Source of the DNA: a virus
Taxonomy: Duplodnaviria > Caudoviricetes
Direction: 5' to 3' (one strand)
DNA: 48,673 nt
IMG/VR virus record: IMGVR_UViG_3300005573_000130
Span: 1-48,673 of that record
This document shows, one piece after another, positions 9,139 to 19,169 of the stretch. The notes under the pieces were generated by a model that saw only the letters and a program-made list of their open reading frames with translations, searched no databases and was not told where the DNA came from. Within the stretch, counting starts at the first letter, position 1, and each line of letters opens with the position of its first letter. A program made the translations under genes and the position numbers.

Positions 9139-10112
9139 GTGTGCTAGGCGAGTTCGGTGCGCAAACCCCGCTGCAAAGCACGCTTGGCGCTGGCGTCGAT
9201 GCGCTCGACCGGCAGCAGGTCATCCAGTTCCGGCAATATCGCCGCACGGTTCTTCCGATCGACGGTTATGTGTTCTGGGTTCTCGCCGGCCAGACGATCA
9301 ACGTCCGCGGCTCGCTGCATTATTCCTCGGACGTTGAGCAAGACGACGATCAGACGATCGGTGTGAACCGGCTTCTGTTCACAACGCGCGACGAGATTGC
9401 CGAGTTCAACGAAGCTTCGCCAGACACTATGTTCATCGGCGATCATCGCGGCATCAAAGTGGCTTTCTCTGGCCGCGGAATGCGGGCACCGGAAGCAGGC
9501 ATCTGGCACTATTTCGGCAATGCGATCTATCCGCCATTCTTCTCGCAAATCATCGACGACCCGGCTGCTCTCGCAAACGTAGAGCCAATCGTTTCCAACA
9601 GCCTGCCGATATGGCTTTCGCTGACGGCGTTCGGTCCGGTCTATCCCGCGTATCTCGTCGATCCGAATATCACGCCGCCATATATCGCCGTTGATATCGA
9701 TTCCGAGACAACGGACGAATGGCAATCGCTGCCAAGTTACGATGCCGCAGAGAGTTACGCAGAGGGCGATGTCTCTCTTGGCGTGCCAGACCAATCGATC
9801 CTAGGCGCGTTCTTTCCGACCGCATCGCAGCTCGTGCATGAGCGAGTTCGGTTCATCCTCTATGGGTTCAACAATCAACAGGCTTTGTCATATCGCTCCT
9901 ATGTTCTCGAAAATAGCCTTGACGGCGATATCTGGGGCGTCAGCGAGGTTTCGCCGATCCGAGACGAAAAGCGCATCCAGCGTGAAATCGCGGCTATCGC
10001 GATGAAAAAGACGTTCAGCATGAGCGTCAACTATCTGCAATCGGCAGTCGTGCAGATTTCCGAGCGGCTAATCAAATCCGCATCCATCTCTCTAACCGAG
10101 GAGTCTCTCTGA
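9126..10112 (+). CDS. Head-closure/tail-terminator protein
   Basis: 328 aa before the sheath; VLPIDGYVFW, GSLHY, VSNSLPIWL and PPYIAVDI motifs. Confidence 0.6.
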   Translation: MATVSVLGEFGAQTPLQSTLGAGVDALDRQQVIQFRQYRRTVLPIDGYVFWVLAGQTINVRGSLHYSSDVEQDDDQTIGVNRLLFTTRDEIAEFNEASPDTMFIGDHRGIKVAFSGRGMRAPEAGIWHYFGNAIYPPFFSQIIDDPAALANVEPIVSNSLPIWLSLTAFGPVYPAYLVDPNITPPYIAVDIDSETTDEWQSLPSYDAAESYAEGDVSLGVPDQSILGAFFPTASQLVHERVRFILYGFNNQQALSYRSYVLENSLDGDIWGVSEVSPIRDEKRIQREIAAIAMKKTFSMSVNYLQSAVVQISERLIKSASISLTEESL

Positions 10113-10417
10113 TGGCGAACACTCCGGCTGTTCTGGTGCCGTCCGTCGCTGGCAACAAGAACGCGCTCAACATCACCACCACGACTGTTGTCAAATCGAC
10201 GGCGGGCACCGTGCGCATGGTTTCCGTCAATACGGCGGGAAGCGTTGCCGGTGGCGTCTATGACACTGCCCTTGTCGCTGACGTGAGTAGCGGCACTTTG
10301 GCTTTCGTCATTCCCGAAGCCGCCACCGCCGGCCCGCAGGAATGGAAGTTCTATTGCGCGAACGGCATCACCGTAGTCCCTCCGGCCACCGGCGTAGTCT
10401 CTGTGTCGTTTGAGTAA
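10112..10417 (+). CDS. Small beta-rich structural protein (paralog of 21873-22184)
   Basis: RBS GAGGAG; VVKSTAGTVRMVSV...VYDT pattern matches QVKSSAGVLSTVAI...LYDG. Confidence 0.6.
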   Translation: MANTPAVLVPSVAGNKNALNITTTTVVKSTAGTVRMVSVNTAGSVAGGVYDTALVADVSSGTLAFVIPEAATAGPQEWKFYCANGITVVPPATGVVSVSFE

Positions 10418-10428
10418 GGAATAGCCAA

Positions 10429-11508
10429 ATGGCAACGACGATCACGCCGCAGATCGTGACGGTAAACGTCACGGTCCAAGAAGCGGCACAGCCTTCGCAA
10501 TATCAGCAGAGCGGCGCGATTGTCTCGGTCGGCGGCACGACGTTGCCCGTTGGCACGTATCAGTATTGCGGCAATCTGGCGGCACTGACGGCGATTCTCG
10601 GCACTGCCGGCAACTATGCTGAGCTGACCAACATGGCGACGACGTTCTTCGCTCAGGGCGGTGCAGTAGGGCTGTATGTGCTTGAGCTCGGAACGCAGAC
10701 AAGCCCAACGCCGAGCGCTCTGGGCACGTGGGATGCAGCCAATCCGGGGATTTTCTATGCCTATCTTGTGCCCGCCGATTGGGACGGGACGGCAATGCAG
10801 ACCCTGGCAGCGAGTTATGCCAGCAATACCGGACTCAAATACTTCTTCGTCGCCACGACGCAGACGACGATCACGGATTATGCCGGCACCAAATCGGTGT
10901 TTCCGTTCGTCAACGCGCCGGCGATGGGTTCGAGCGAGTTCGACGCCGCATCTGCATTCTATCAATTTTTGGCAAACAATCCCTCGCCGTCCAACAAGCT
11001 TGCGCCTATGGCGTATCGCCAGCTTTTCGGCACGACGCCGTGGCCCGCGACCGGCCAATCTTCTGCGCTTCAATCGATCCTGAGCAATTTCGGCAACATC
11101 TCCTATCCGATGAACCAGGCTGGATTGACGGGCGCCGGACTTTGGAAAGGCACGCTTGCGAACGGAACCCAGGCGTCATTCTGGTATGGGATTGACTGGC
11201 TCAACGTCAACATCAATCAGGCGATAGCGAACGCAGTCGTCAACGGCTCGAATGGCAATCCGCCTCTGCTCTACAACCAGGCCGGCATCAATACCCTTCT
11301 GGCGGCGGCGGAAGCTGTTGCTGATACCGGCGTCCAATCCGGTTGTGCTCTCAGTGCGACAATCACGGCGGTGCCGTTCTCGACGTATGTGAGCCAATTC
11401 CCGGACAATTACGCGGCGGGCATTTATGACGGTCTTTCCGCGACCGTCGTGGGGCAATCGGGCTTCCTAACCGTCACGTTCAATCTCAACGCCACGCAGT
11501 TCGCATAA
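10429..11508 (+). CDS. Contractile tail sheath protein (short, DUF3383-like)
   Basis: RBS TAAGGA; IVTVNVTV N-terminus, MATTFFAQG, FWYGIDWLNVNI and LLYNQAGINTL motifs; precedes tube, chaperone and tape measure. Confidence 0.75.
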   Translation: MATTITPQIVTVNVTVQEAAQPSQYQQSGAIVSVGGTTLPVGTYQYCGNLAALTAILGTAGNYAELTNMATTFFAQGGAVGLYVLELGTQTSPTPSALGTWDAANPGIFYAYLVPADWDGTAMQTLAASYASNTGLKYFFVATTQTTITDYAGTKSVFPFVNAPAMGSSEFDAASAFYQFLANNPSPSNKLAPMAYRQLFGTTPWPATGQSSALQSILSNFGNISYPMNQAGLTGAGLWKGTLANGTQASFWYGIDWLNVNINQAIANAVVNGSNGNPPLLYNQAGINTLLAAAEAVADTGVQSGCALSATITAVPFSTYVSQFPDNYAAGIYDGLSATVVGQSGFLTVTFNLNATQFA

Positions 11509-11520
11509 GGAAGACGCAGC

Positions 11521-11991
11521 ATGAGCGGAACAACTGGCGTATCACTCCAGCAACTCGTGCAGCAGGGGACGCTAAACCGGCTTCGGGCTTCGATTGTCAT
11601 TCCAAGCAATCCGACGCTCAACGTCAACGCCGATCATCTTGGGCGGGAAGGCATCAATTTCGACTTCGAGGGTACTGCGACTGATTTCCCTCCGACCATG
11701 ACGGGGTTTGTGACATCCGCGGCTCCCTACGTAGGCGTTATAATCCGCGTTCAAATGCTCAGAACGCAAGGTATCGCCGGCGCATGGCAACAGCAAATCC
11801 AGCAAAGCACGGTGTTGGGAACGGTAAAAATTCATACCGATGTCACGACCACTGGCGTATCGAGCCTTACTTTCCGAGAAACGGCGATCCGAAAAATTCC
11901 TCAGTTCAATATGGACGGGGGTAACCCTTATTATCAGGTCGAGTTGTTCGGCGCATATCTCATCAACGCCGATCTCTTGAACATCGCATGA
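11521..11991 (+). CDS. Tail tube protein
   Basis: 156 aa after the sheath; QGTLNRLRAS, PTMTGFVTS and GAYLINADL motifs. Confidence 0.7.
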   Translation: MSGTTGVSLQQLVQQGTLNRLRASIVIPSNPTLNVNADHLGREGINFDFEGTATDFPPTMTGFVTSAAPYVGVIIRVQMLRTQGIAGAWQQQIQQSTVLGTVKIHTDVTTTGVSSLTFRETAIRKIPQFNMDGGNPYYQVELFGAYLINADLLNIA

Positions 11992-12572
11992 TCCGTGTCG
12001 ATGAAAAGCTGAACGTCGTCATTTCGGTTGCGGATGAAGACGAACAGCCTGCGTTCTATGTGTATAGCGCGCCGATCTCGCGCGAGGTGTTTGAGGCAAA
12101 TTTTCGCATTCTGTCTTTGACGTATGCGGAGATCACCGGCCAAGATTCAAGCTATCTATCCGTCGGCATACGCTGTGCCGCTCTGACGCTCAAGGACGTG
12201 GCGGCATCTGAGGCGGCCAGGAAGGGGCGCCAAGGCGACGGCGGGGCTGCCGCGTTGCTTGCCGAGATCAAGCGGCTGACGACCATCCTGGCGCCGTCGC
12301 CGGGGGGATGGGAGACGCTTCCGGTCCCAGATGCCATCCGCGCGCAAGTGCTGACCGACGAAGAATGGTCGGAGGTCGAAAGCGCGATCGTTTTTTTTAC
12401 GGGAGCCTACTGGCTGGCACCGATCAGGCGTCGAAAGGAAGTGGTGACAGCCTTGTGCTCGATGCTCGGCTGGCAAGCAACGTCATCGCTGCCGTCGGAG
12501 TTCGCCGCTGGTTTGCCGACCTCGAAGCCGGGCGCCTCGCCGAAGGTGGGGGCATCCTCGGTTCCGTCCTGA
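11988..12572 (+). CDS. Tail assembly chaperone (lambda gpG analogue)
   Basis: Between tube and tape measure; contains a T8 run at 12391-12398 (IVFFT). Confidence 0.7.
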   Translation: MIRVDEKLNVVISVADEDEQPAFYVYSAPISREVFEANFRILSLTYAEITGQDSSYLSVGIRCAALTLKDVAASEAARKGRQGDGGAAALLAEIKRLTTILAPSPGGWETLPVPDAIRAQVLTDEEWSEVESAIVFFTGAYWLAPIRRRKEVVTALCSMLGWQATSSLPSEFAAGLPTSKPGASPKVGASSVPS

Positions 12573-12694
12573 CCTATGCCGCACGGGAAGGCTTCGGTGA
12601 CTTCATGGCGCTTCACGGCAAGTCGTTCGACACGGCGCATGAGTTCCGCAATCGTTTCCTGATTTCCTTCTTGAAAGGCATCTCCGGTGGCTGA
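12392..12694 (+). other. -1 programmed frameshift site and extension frame (gpGT analogue)
   Basis: Slippery heptamer T TTT TTT at 12392-12398 in the reading frame of 11988; the -1 frame (ORF 12308-12694) stays open until it overlaps the tape-measure start at 12687. Confidence 0.65.
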
Positions 12695-14318
12695 GCGCAG
12701 GCCGATCATCACCATCGAGGTGGACGATACAGAGTTTAAAAGGTTCAAGCGCGAGTTCGATGTGTTCAAGAACGGCGGCGGCATCATGCGGTTAGGTGTC
12801 GCTGGCGCTGGGATGTTCCGATCGTCCGACATCCCCGGCGTTGGCCTGGCGCGAGCGATGGAAACGCTCGGTGAGCGCATTCTCAGGCTGACCAGCACAA
12901 TCTCAGGCTTCGGGCTCAGATTAGCCGCGGGCGGCATATTTGGCATCGGCGCTTTAGGTTTCAGTGCGTTCTCTCGCTACCGCGAGGCAACCGGGCTGGG
13001 GGTGACACCAGGCCAGCTCTCGGCGTTCTCGGCCTATTATTCGCCGCTGGTGAACGGTGGAGACGTGCTTTCGCGCGTTGCCAATGCGCGCAACGATCTT
13101 GCGCTTCGCCCATATCTCGCGCGCCTCGGGATCGGGCCGCAGCAACTTCAATCTCAATCCAACGATCAGATCGCAGCGTCCATCGTCGAGCGCGCGGCAG
13201 CGTTATGGAAGAACGGTCCCCAAACTCAACAGTTTGCTGATGCAATGGGGATGACGCAATTCTTCACGATGGAAGATTTGCGGCGCATGGGGCAGATGAC
13301 GCCTGACCAACTGCGTCGGATGCATGGGCAGATGAACGCGGCGGAGGGGCAACTTAATTTCTCGCCCGAGATCGCGCAGCAATGGAACGATCTTACCGTT
13401 CAGCTTCGCAAAGCCGGCGTGACGATCGACACAGTGCTCATCCGCGACCTAAGCAGGCTTGCGGAACCTCTCGGCCATCTCTCTGATGTTATCGTGACAA
13501 CGCTGGATTCGTTCCTCAACAATGCCGACATGCCGCAAGCGATCGGTCAGCTTGGCAAAGGCATCGAATGGCTGGCTTCGGAAATCAAGTCCGGCGACTT
13601 CCAGAATGGAGTCAAATCGTTCGCGCAAAACATCGTCGCGGCAGCCGAAGGAGTGGCGAATTTCATGCACGCCATTGGTATGTCGCCCTCGACGATGCCA
13701 AGCAACACGGCGGCTGATTTGAGCAAACGGATGGCTTCGGGTGATACCTCGCGCAACAAGTTCTATGCGTATGAGGCATGGGCGCATGACAAGTTCTCGA
13801 GCGAGGCAGCAGAGAATTATGCTTCGCATGTTCGCGAGATAACAAGCGTCGAAAAAAGCATGGGACTTCCTGCCGGCTCTATGTTCGGAATCTGGGGTGC
13901 CGAGAGTTCGTTCTCACAAAACACGCGAGAAAGCTCTGCGGGAGCTTTGGGGCCTTTCCAACTTATGCCGCAAATCTACCACGCGGCAAACATCGACCCG
14001 AATGACTTTTCTGAAGCTCTCAAGCGCGACGCCAAAGACTTCAAAATCTACATGCAGAAATACGGCGATGAGGATAAGGCTCTCGCTGCGGTCAACTGGG
14101 GGCCGGCGAACTTGGACAAAGAGATCGCGAAATATGGCAATGACTGGGAGGCGCATCTCAACGACGAAACTCGCAATTATATCTCCCGAGTTCACGCATA
14201 CCAAAGCCATGCGGCGGAGCAACTCAACCGCCCTCCGACAAATCCCTACGTGTCTTTGAACGTCCACAACAGCACGTCGGCGAACATCGCAACCACTGCC
14301 GCAGGATTGTCGCATTGA
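12687..14318 (+). CDS. Tape measure protein with a C-terminal lytic transglycosylase (SLT) domain
   Basis: Helical A/G/L-rich body; AESS, SSAGALGPFQLMP, ALAAVNWGP and ETRNY SLT motifs. Confidence 0.88.
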   Translation: MAERRPIITIEVDDTEFKRFKREFDVFKNGGGIMRLGVAGAGMFRSSDIPGVGLARAMETLGERILRLTSTISGFGLRLAAGGIFGIGALGFSAFSRYREATGLGVTPGQLSAFSAYYSPLVNGGDVLSRVANARNDLALRPYLARLGIGPQQLQSQSNDQIAASIVERAAALWKNGPQTQQFADAMGMTQFFTMEDLRRMGQMTPDQLRRMHGQMNAAEGQLNFSPEIAQQWNDLTVQLRKAGVTIDTVLIRDLSRLAEPLGHLSDVIVTTLDSFLNNADMPQAIGQLGKGIEWLASEIKSGDFQNGVKSFAQNIVAAAEGVANFMHAIGMSPSTMPSNTAADLSKRMASGDTSRNKFYAYEAWAHDKFSSEAAENYASHVREITSVEKSMGLPAGSMFGIWGAESSFSQNTRESSAGALGPFQLMPQIYHAANIDPNDFSEALKRDAKDFKIYMQKYGDEDKALAAVNWGPANLDKEIAKYGNDWEAHLNDETRNYISRVHAYQSHAAEQLNRPPTNPYVSLNVHNSTSANIATTAAGLSH

Positions 14319-14319
14319 T

Positions 14320-15078
14320 ATGGCGGTCAGCGTGAGCCAGGCGACCGGACGATCTCTATTCGAGATCGCGTTCCAGGTTTCGCCGATCGTATTCCAAGGC
14401 GGCATAGCCGATTATGTAGGGGGATATCTTCCGATTGTCGTCTTGACCGAGGGGTTGAGCGTCGTCAATGGCCTGATTGCCGGCGACATGCCAACGTCTC
14501 TTGGCGACTTCTTCGCTCAGTTTACGCCGCTGCCTGGTGGAGCGCTGGCAAAATACAGCCTGGGGAAGTTCCCCTTTGCCAATCAGGCGGTGGCGGGGAA
14601 CGCGATCATCAAGGACGTGCGGAATATCGCGTTACGCATGATCGCACCGGCGCAGGGCCCGGGTGGATACCTGGTCAAGCTGGCGACGATGGGGGTCATC
14701 GAAGCCGCGATCAGCAGCCATTGTAATGCGGGCGGCACATTCATCGTGATGACGCCGTCGTTCATCTACAATTCCTGCATCCTGCTTGATCTTCAAGACG
14801 TGACTTCCCGCGGGTCACAAACGCAAGTCGAGTGGATGTGGTCGTTCACGCAGCCGCTCATATCGCTATCAAGCGCGCAAGCGGCACTCAACAACCTGAT
14901 GAATCGCCTTTCCAATGGCGGTCAGATAACAACGCCATCTTGGGCAGGCGTGAACGCAACGAACGCATCGGCACTTCCGTTGCCGTCTGGCATCAGCGCA
15001 TCGACAACTGGCATTGCGCAATCGTTCACTCCGGCAGTGCAACAGCCCGTGTTTAGCCAGCCCCTCTCCGCGCCATGA
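14320..15078 (+). CDS. Tail tube initiator/baseplate protein
   Basis: Follows tape measure; FQVSPI, FPFANQAVAGNA and HCNAGGTFIVMTP motifs. Confidence 0.55.
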   Translation: MAVSVSQATGRSLFEIAFQVSPIVFQGGIADYVGGYLPIVVLTEGLSVVNGLIAGDMPTSLGDFFAQFTPLPGGALAKYSLGKFPFANQAVAGNAIIKDVRNIALRMIAPAQGPGGYLVKLATMGVIEAAISSHCNAGGTFIVMTPSFIYNSCILLDLQDVTSRGSQTQVEWMWSFTQPLISLSSAQAALNNLMNRLSNGGQITTPSWAGVNATNASALPLPSGISASTTGIAQSFTPAVQQPVFSQPLSAP

Positions 15079-15365
15079 CGCAGCTTACCTACCAGTTCAC
15101 TCCAAGCAAATCGACTGCACCGCCCTTTCAGTTTCTTATGACGGCTTCGGGCAATCAATATGTCGTGCAAGTGTTCTGGAATGTTTATGCGCAACGCTGG
15201 TATTTTTCCGTCTCGCTTCAAGGGAGCGCCTCGCCGTCCTTGACAATGCCTATGATCGGCAGCGATCCATCAAGCACGCCTGTCAATCTCATATGGTCTT
15301 TGTTCGGGACTAATGAGTATATGTATTATTACCCAACAAACGGAACTATCGTGACAGGGCCATGA
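15075..15365 (+). CDS. Small baseplate protein
   Basis: 96 aa, PFQF..WNVYAQRWY; ATGA coupled on both sides. Confidence 0.55.
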   Translation: MTQLTYQFTPSKSTAPPFQFLMTASGNQYVVQVFWNVYAQRWYFSVSLQGSASPSLTMPMIGSDPSSTPVNLIWSLFGTNEYMYYYPTNGTIVTGP

Positions 15366-16339
15366 GATATTACGACATTCGGCTAGAAGATTCGTCCGGG
15401 AGTGTCGTCAAATCCTGGTCGTCTATGCTGAATGGCTTTCAGAACGGCAATGCGCAAGATGTCGAATTCGATCTGTTCGTTTACGATGCTGGGACACCTA
15501 TGGGTGATTCCAGCATCACGATCTGGGGAGTGTCTTTGCAAGACGTGGGTCAGAATTTCAACTTTGGTCCATCGCAACAGAATCCGGTAGGCTACAATAT
15601 ATACGTCCGCGCCGGTATGGGTGGAGGCTTGCCGCTAGAGAACCCCGCTCAGGCCGGGTTGGTGTTCTCGGGGAATGTCTGGCAAGCTTGGGGGAACTGG
15701 ATAGGAACGGATATGAACATCGGATTCATATCCAAGAGTTCTCCGTTCACCATTGCTAAGCCTGGGAACTTTGTATTTTCGTGGAAGCCAGGAACTCCGC
15801 TTTCGCAAGCGATTTTAACCACTCTGCAAACTGCAGTTCCCAACGCAGCGATAACGGTGAACATAAAAGATTCTGCCTATACGACGGCAGCAGGAGAAAC
15901 CGGCGTTTATTCGACGTTGCCGGGCTTTGCGCAGCGCCTAAAAGCTCTCACAATGAACCCTCCCAACGTGGGAGTTTCCATCGTGGGGACTGGCAATCGG
16001 ATTTTCGTTTTCGATGGTTCATATTCTCCTAAGGTAGTGCAGCTCGCTTTTACTGACTTCATCGGCCAGCCGACATGGATCAATCAGTATCAGATTCAGA
16101 TTACCCTTGTCATGCGTGGTGATATCAGCGTAGGAGACCTTGTGACCATGCCGAAAGCCTATGCTCAGGTTCCTGGTCTAGGCGTTGCAGGACCGACTTC
16201 CTATGCATCATATCGAGACCAAACCGTATTCCAAGGTCAATTCCTGGTCACGGCCATGCGTCATGTAGGAAGATTCCGCGATCCTGACGGGGCGGCCTGG
16301 GTGACCATTCTCCAATGTGCGGCTTATGTCCCGGTATGA
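15362..16339 (+). CDS. Baseplate hub protein
   Basis: 325 aa beta-rich; MRYYDI, AGMGGGLPL, DFIGQPTWI and MRGDISVGD motifs; upstream of the spike. Confidence 0.65.
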   Translation: MRYYDIRLEDSSGSVVKSWSSMLNGFQNGNAQDVEFDLFVYDAGTPMGDSSITIWGVSLQDVGQNFNFGPSQQNPVGYNIYVRAGMGGGLPLENPAQAGLVFSGNVWQAWGNWIGTDMNIGFISKSSPFTIAKPGNFVFSWKPGTPLSQAILTTLQTAVPNAAITVNIKDSAYTTAAGETGVYSTLPGFAQRLKALTMNPPNVGVSIVGTGNRIFVFDGSYSPKVVQLAFTDFIGQPTWINQYQIQITLVMRGDISVGDLVTMPKAYAQVPGLGVAGPTSYASYRDQTVFQGQFLVTAMRHVGRFRDPDGAAWVTILQCAAYVPV

Positions 16340-16937
16340 TTATCAGCGCCTATGGGCGCAACAGCATCTTGATCAGATGGGACACCGCAAGGCCGTCGAG
16401 GCTATTGAACAGCTTGGCATGGCGCTCCCATGCCATGTTGTTGCGGTTGATGGATCGCTTGTTACGGTGGCTTTTGACGTGCAGAACCCGCCGTGGACGC
16501 TGCCGAATGTTACGATCCCGAAGGCGGAGAGCCCCTATTACCGGCAGCCGGTGCAGGTCGGAGATACCGGCGTCACGGTGCCTATCGATGCCAGCCTAAG
16601 CGGCGTGGCAGGCTTTGGCGAAACGCCGCAATATGGACGCCGCAGCAATCTGACGGCGCTCATGTTCCAGCCTGTAGCATCGAAAGCATCGCCGCCGGCG
16701 AACAGCACTCAGGCCATCGTCAGCGGACCAGGCGGCGCTTTGATCCAGACGCCGGATGGCTCGGTCTCGATCAACCTGACGGCCAACGGCGTGACAATCA
16801 CGGTCGGAAGCTCTACTTGGTCTATGACGGTTTCGGGCTTGACGCTTTCAACCGGAGTAGTGGCGGAAACCCACGAGCATCTGTATTCTCCAGGCACCGG
16901 GACGCCAACAAATACCGGCCACCCGGTGAGCGGGTGA
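16326..16937 (+). CDS. Baseplate central spike (gpV/gp138-like)
   Basis: N-terminal OB-like region (LPCHVVAV, PVQVGDTG), beta-helix repeats, C-terminal HxH metal-binding tip (ETHEH) and TGHP end; ATG 16326 preferred. Confidence 0.8.
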   Translation: MSRYDYQRLWAQQHLDQMGHRKAVEAIEQLGMALPCHVVAVDGSLVTVAFDVQNPPWTLPNVTIPKAESPYYRQPVQVGDTGVTVPIDASLSGVAGFGETPQYGRRSNLTALMFQPVASKASPPANSTQAIVSGPGGALIQTPDGSVSINLTANGVTITVGSSTWSMTVSGLTLSTGVVAETHEHLYSPGTGTPTNTGHPVSG

Positions 16938-16940
16938 CGC

Positions 16941-17285
16941 ATGAGAACGTGGGGGCGCGTTTACAACGAGGATGGGTCATATGTCTGGCAGGCGGTCGAG
17001 ACCGACGCCAACGGGCATAACGGCGCCGTCTATCTGACGACGCTTGTGCAAGTGCTCAAGCTCAATCTCGGAGAGAGCCCGTTTTTTGCAAATCTGGGGA
17101 TACCGCAGCAGCAAACGATCATGTCTCAGATATTTCCTGATTTCTATGTGCATAGCATCGTGAAATACTTTTCGAGATATTTCGCATATCTGTCTGTCAC
17201 GCGGAACACGTCAGGCGCTCCGGTGTATAAAATCTCAGCGATGACGCACGAAGGCGCGCTTCTGAGCACTACGGTGCCGGTATGA
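16941..17285 (+). CDS. Baseplate wedge/sheath initiator (gp25/gp46-like)
   Basis: MRTWGR and LKLNLGESPFFANLGIP; between spike and baseplate J. Confidence 0.65.
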   Translation: MRTWGRVYNEDGSYVWQAVETDANGHNGAVYLTTLVQVLKLNLGESPFFANLGIPQQQTIMSQIFPDFYVHSIVKYFSRYFAYLSVTRNTSGAPVYKISAMTHEGALLSTTVPV

Positions 17286-18487
17286 GCGGCACTACATTGC
17301 CATTGCTGATGTCTGCGTCGGGTCCGCAGCCGACGCCTGCCACGACGCTTCAGCAAGCGCTTGTGTCCGGCGCGCAAGCGATAGACCCGAATGTTACGCT
17401 CAATCTTCCTGCATCGCTTCTCGAAAACCTGTCTTCGACTTCCGTCGCCGATCTCACGTTGCAGGACCAAGCCCGTGTGGATGCTGTCGCGTCCGTCTCG
17501 CCGCTAGGGGCGAACGACTACGTTCTCAACCTACTTGGTCAGCAGTTCGGCATCCCTCGTGGCCTCGCGACCAACGCATCCGTGAACGTGGTTTTCAGCG
17601 GTCCGTCTGGGTATGTGATTCCGCCTGGGTTCATTGTGAGCGATGGCGTGAATCAATACGTCGTTCAAGGCGGCACGGTCATCGGGTCAAGCGGTCAGTC
17701 GCCGCAGGTGACAGCCATCTGCACCAACTCCAACGTGTTTGCCATTCCAGCGAACAGCGTCACGACTCTCGCGAGTAGCGTGCCATCCAGTTACAATGTG
17801 ACTGTAACAAATCCACAAGCTGGGACACCTGCGCAAGGTGCGCAGTCATCGGCAAGTTATCGCGCGCAAATTCTTCAGGCCGTGCAAGCGACTGTCACCG
17901 GGACGATTCCATATCTCAAAACTCAACTCGCGGCTGTCCCTGGTGTCAACCCGAATCAGATTTCCGTGCAGCAGGAAACCAGCTCAATCAAGGTAGTGTG
18001 TGGCGGCGGGAATTCATACGAGGTAGCGTTGGCGATCCTGGGAGTTCTGGTAAACCCCGGCGTTTTGACGGGATCGACCGTCTCCAGTTCTCGCAACATA
18101 ACCGTTTCTCTTTTTGACGCTCCGGACACATATTCGATTGTCTATGTGAACCCGGTTTCGCAGACCGTGACGGTCGCAGTGACGTGGAATACCACGCTTG
18201 CAAACTTTACCGCCGGCGCGCAAGTGGCGTCTCTCGGAGCGCCAGCCGTTCAAAGATATCTGAACGGCCTCGCGATAGGTCAGCCTATCAACCTCATCAC
18301 GATGAGCACGATCTTTGTCGAGGCCGTTTCCTCAGTCATCTCAGAGGAAAATCTCACGACGCTGACTTTCGCCGTCACCATCAACGGAACGGCGGTTTCG
18401 CCGGAATCAGGGACGTCAATAATCGTTGGAGATGTGGAGGGATATTTCACCGCTTCAAACTCTGCCGTTACTGTGACTCAGGGGTGA
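17282..18487 (+). CDS. Baseplate J-like protein
   Basis: 401 aa; VVFSGPSGYVIPPG, VTNPQAGTP..QSSASYRA and LAAVPGV motifs. Confidence 0.85.
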   Translation: MSGTTLPLLMSASGPQPTPATTLQQALVSGAQAIDPNVTLNLPASLLENLSSTSVADLTLQDQARVDAVASVSPLGANDYVLNLLGQQFGIPRGLATNASVNVVFSGPSGYVIPPGFIVSDGVNQYVVQGGTVIGSSGQSPQVTAICTNSNVFAIPANSVTTLASSVPSSYNVTVTNPQAGTPAQGAQSSASYRAQILQAVQATVTGTIPYLKTQLAAVPGVNPNQISVQQETSSIKVVCGGGNSYEVALAILGVLVNPGVLTGSTVSSSRNITVSLFDAPDTYSIVYVNPVSQTVTVAVTWNTTLANFTAGAQVASLGAPAVQRYLNGLAIGQPINLITMSTIFVEAVSSVISEENLTTLTFAVTINGTAVSPESGTSIIVGDVEGYFTASNSAVTVTQG

Positions 18488-18488
18488 A

Positions 18489-19169
18489 ATGTCCACGCCT
18501 CTGCAAACGATTTTCGGCGCATACCTCTACGATCAATATCAGACCGATGAGAACCTTGCGGCGTGGTGGCAAGCACGAAACCAGCTTACGCAGGGGTATC
18601 TTGACTGGTGGAATAACACGCCGCTTGGGGTTTACACGTCGCCTCAAGTTTCGGGCGCATTGCTTGACTGGATAGGCCAAGGAATCTACGGAATCCCGCG
18701 GCCTGTCATATCGACATCATCGACCTTCTTTCTCGCCGGCCTGAACCAATTCTCGCTCAATTCCATCGATTTGAATGGCAACCAATTCCATCAGTCCGGT
18801 ACGGCGCAGGTAGCAGACGACGATATCTATCGTCGCGTTTTGACATGGTGGTTATGGCGCGGCGATGGGCCATACATGAACGTGACATGGCTCAAGCGGC
18901 GCGTGATGAGGTTCTTGAGCGGCGCGAATGGATCGGATTTGCTTCCGAGTGAAGCGCCGCCGTCTATCGCGGTATCAGGAAATGTCATTACTATATCCGT
19001 TCTAGAAAGCTCTATTGCTAGCATAATGGCAGATTTTTTGTCATCGGATATATTGCTTATGCCGTTTCCATACTCGGCGTCAGTTTCCTTCTATCCTCAG
19101 TTAACTACCGAAAGCGGAAGCTATCTAACAACCGAATCTGGTTCCTCCCTCGTGACGGATCAAACATAG
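18489..19169 (+). CDS. Baseplate wedge protein (DUF2612/gpI-like)
   Basis: GALLDWIGQGIYGIPRP and DDDIYRRVL motifs; C-terminal LTTESGS tandem repeat. Confidence 0.7.
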   Translation: MSTPLQTIFGAYLYDQYQTDENLAAWWQARNQLTQGYLDWWNNTPLGVYTSPQVSGALLDWIGQGIYGIPRPVISTSSTFFLAGLNQFSLNSIDLNGNQFHQSGTAQVADDDIYRRVLTWWLWRGDGPYMNVTWLKRRVMRFLSGANGSDLLPSEAPPSIAVSGNVITISVLESSIASIMADFLSSDILLMPFPYSASVSFYPQLTTESGSYLTTESGSSLVTDQT

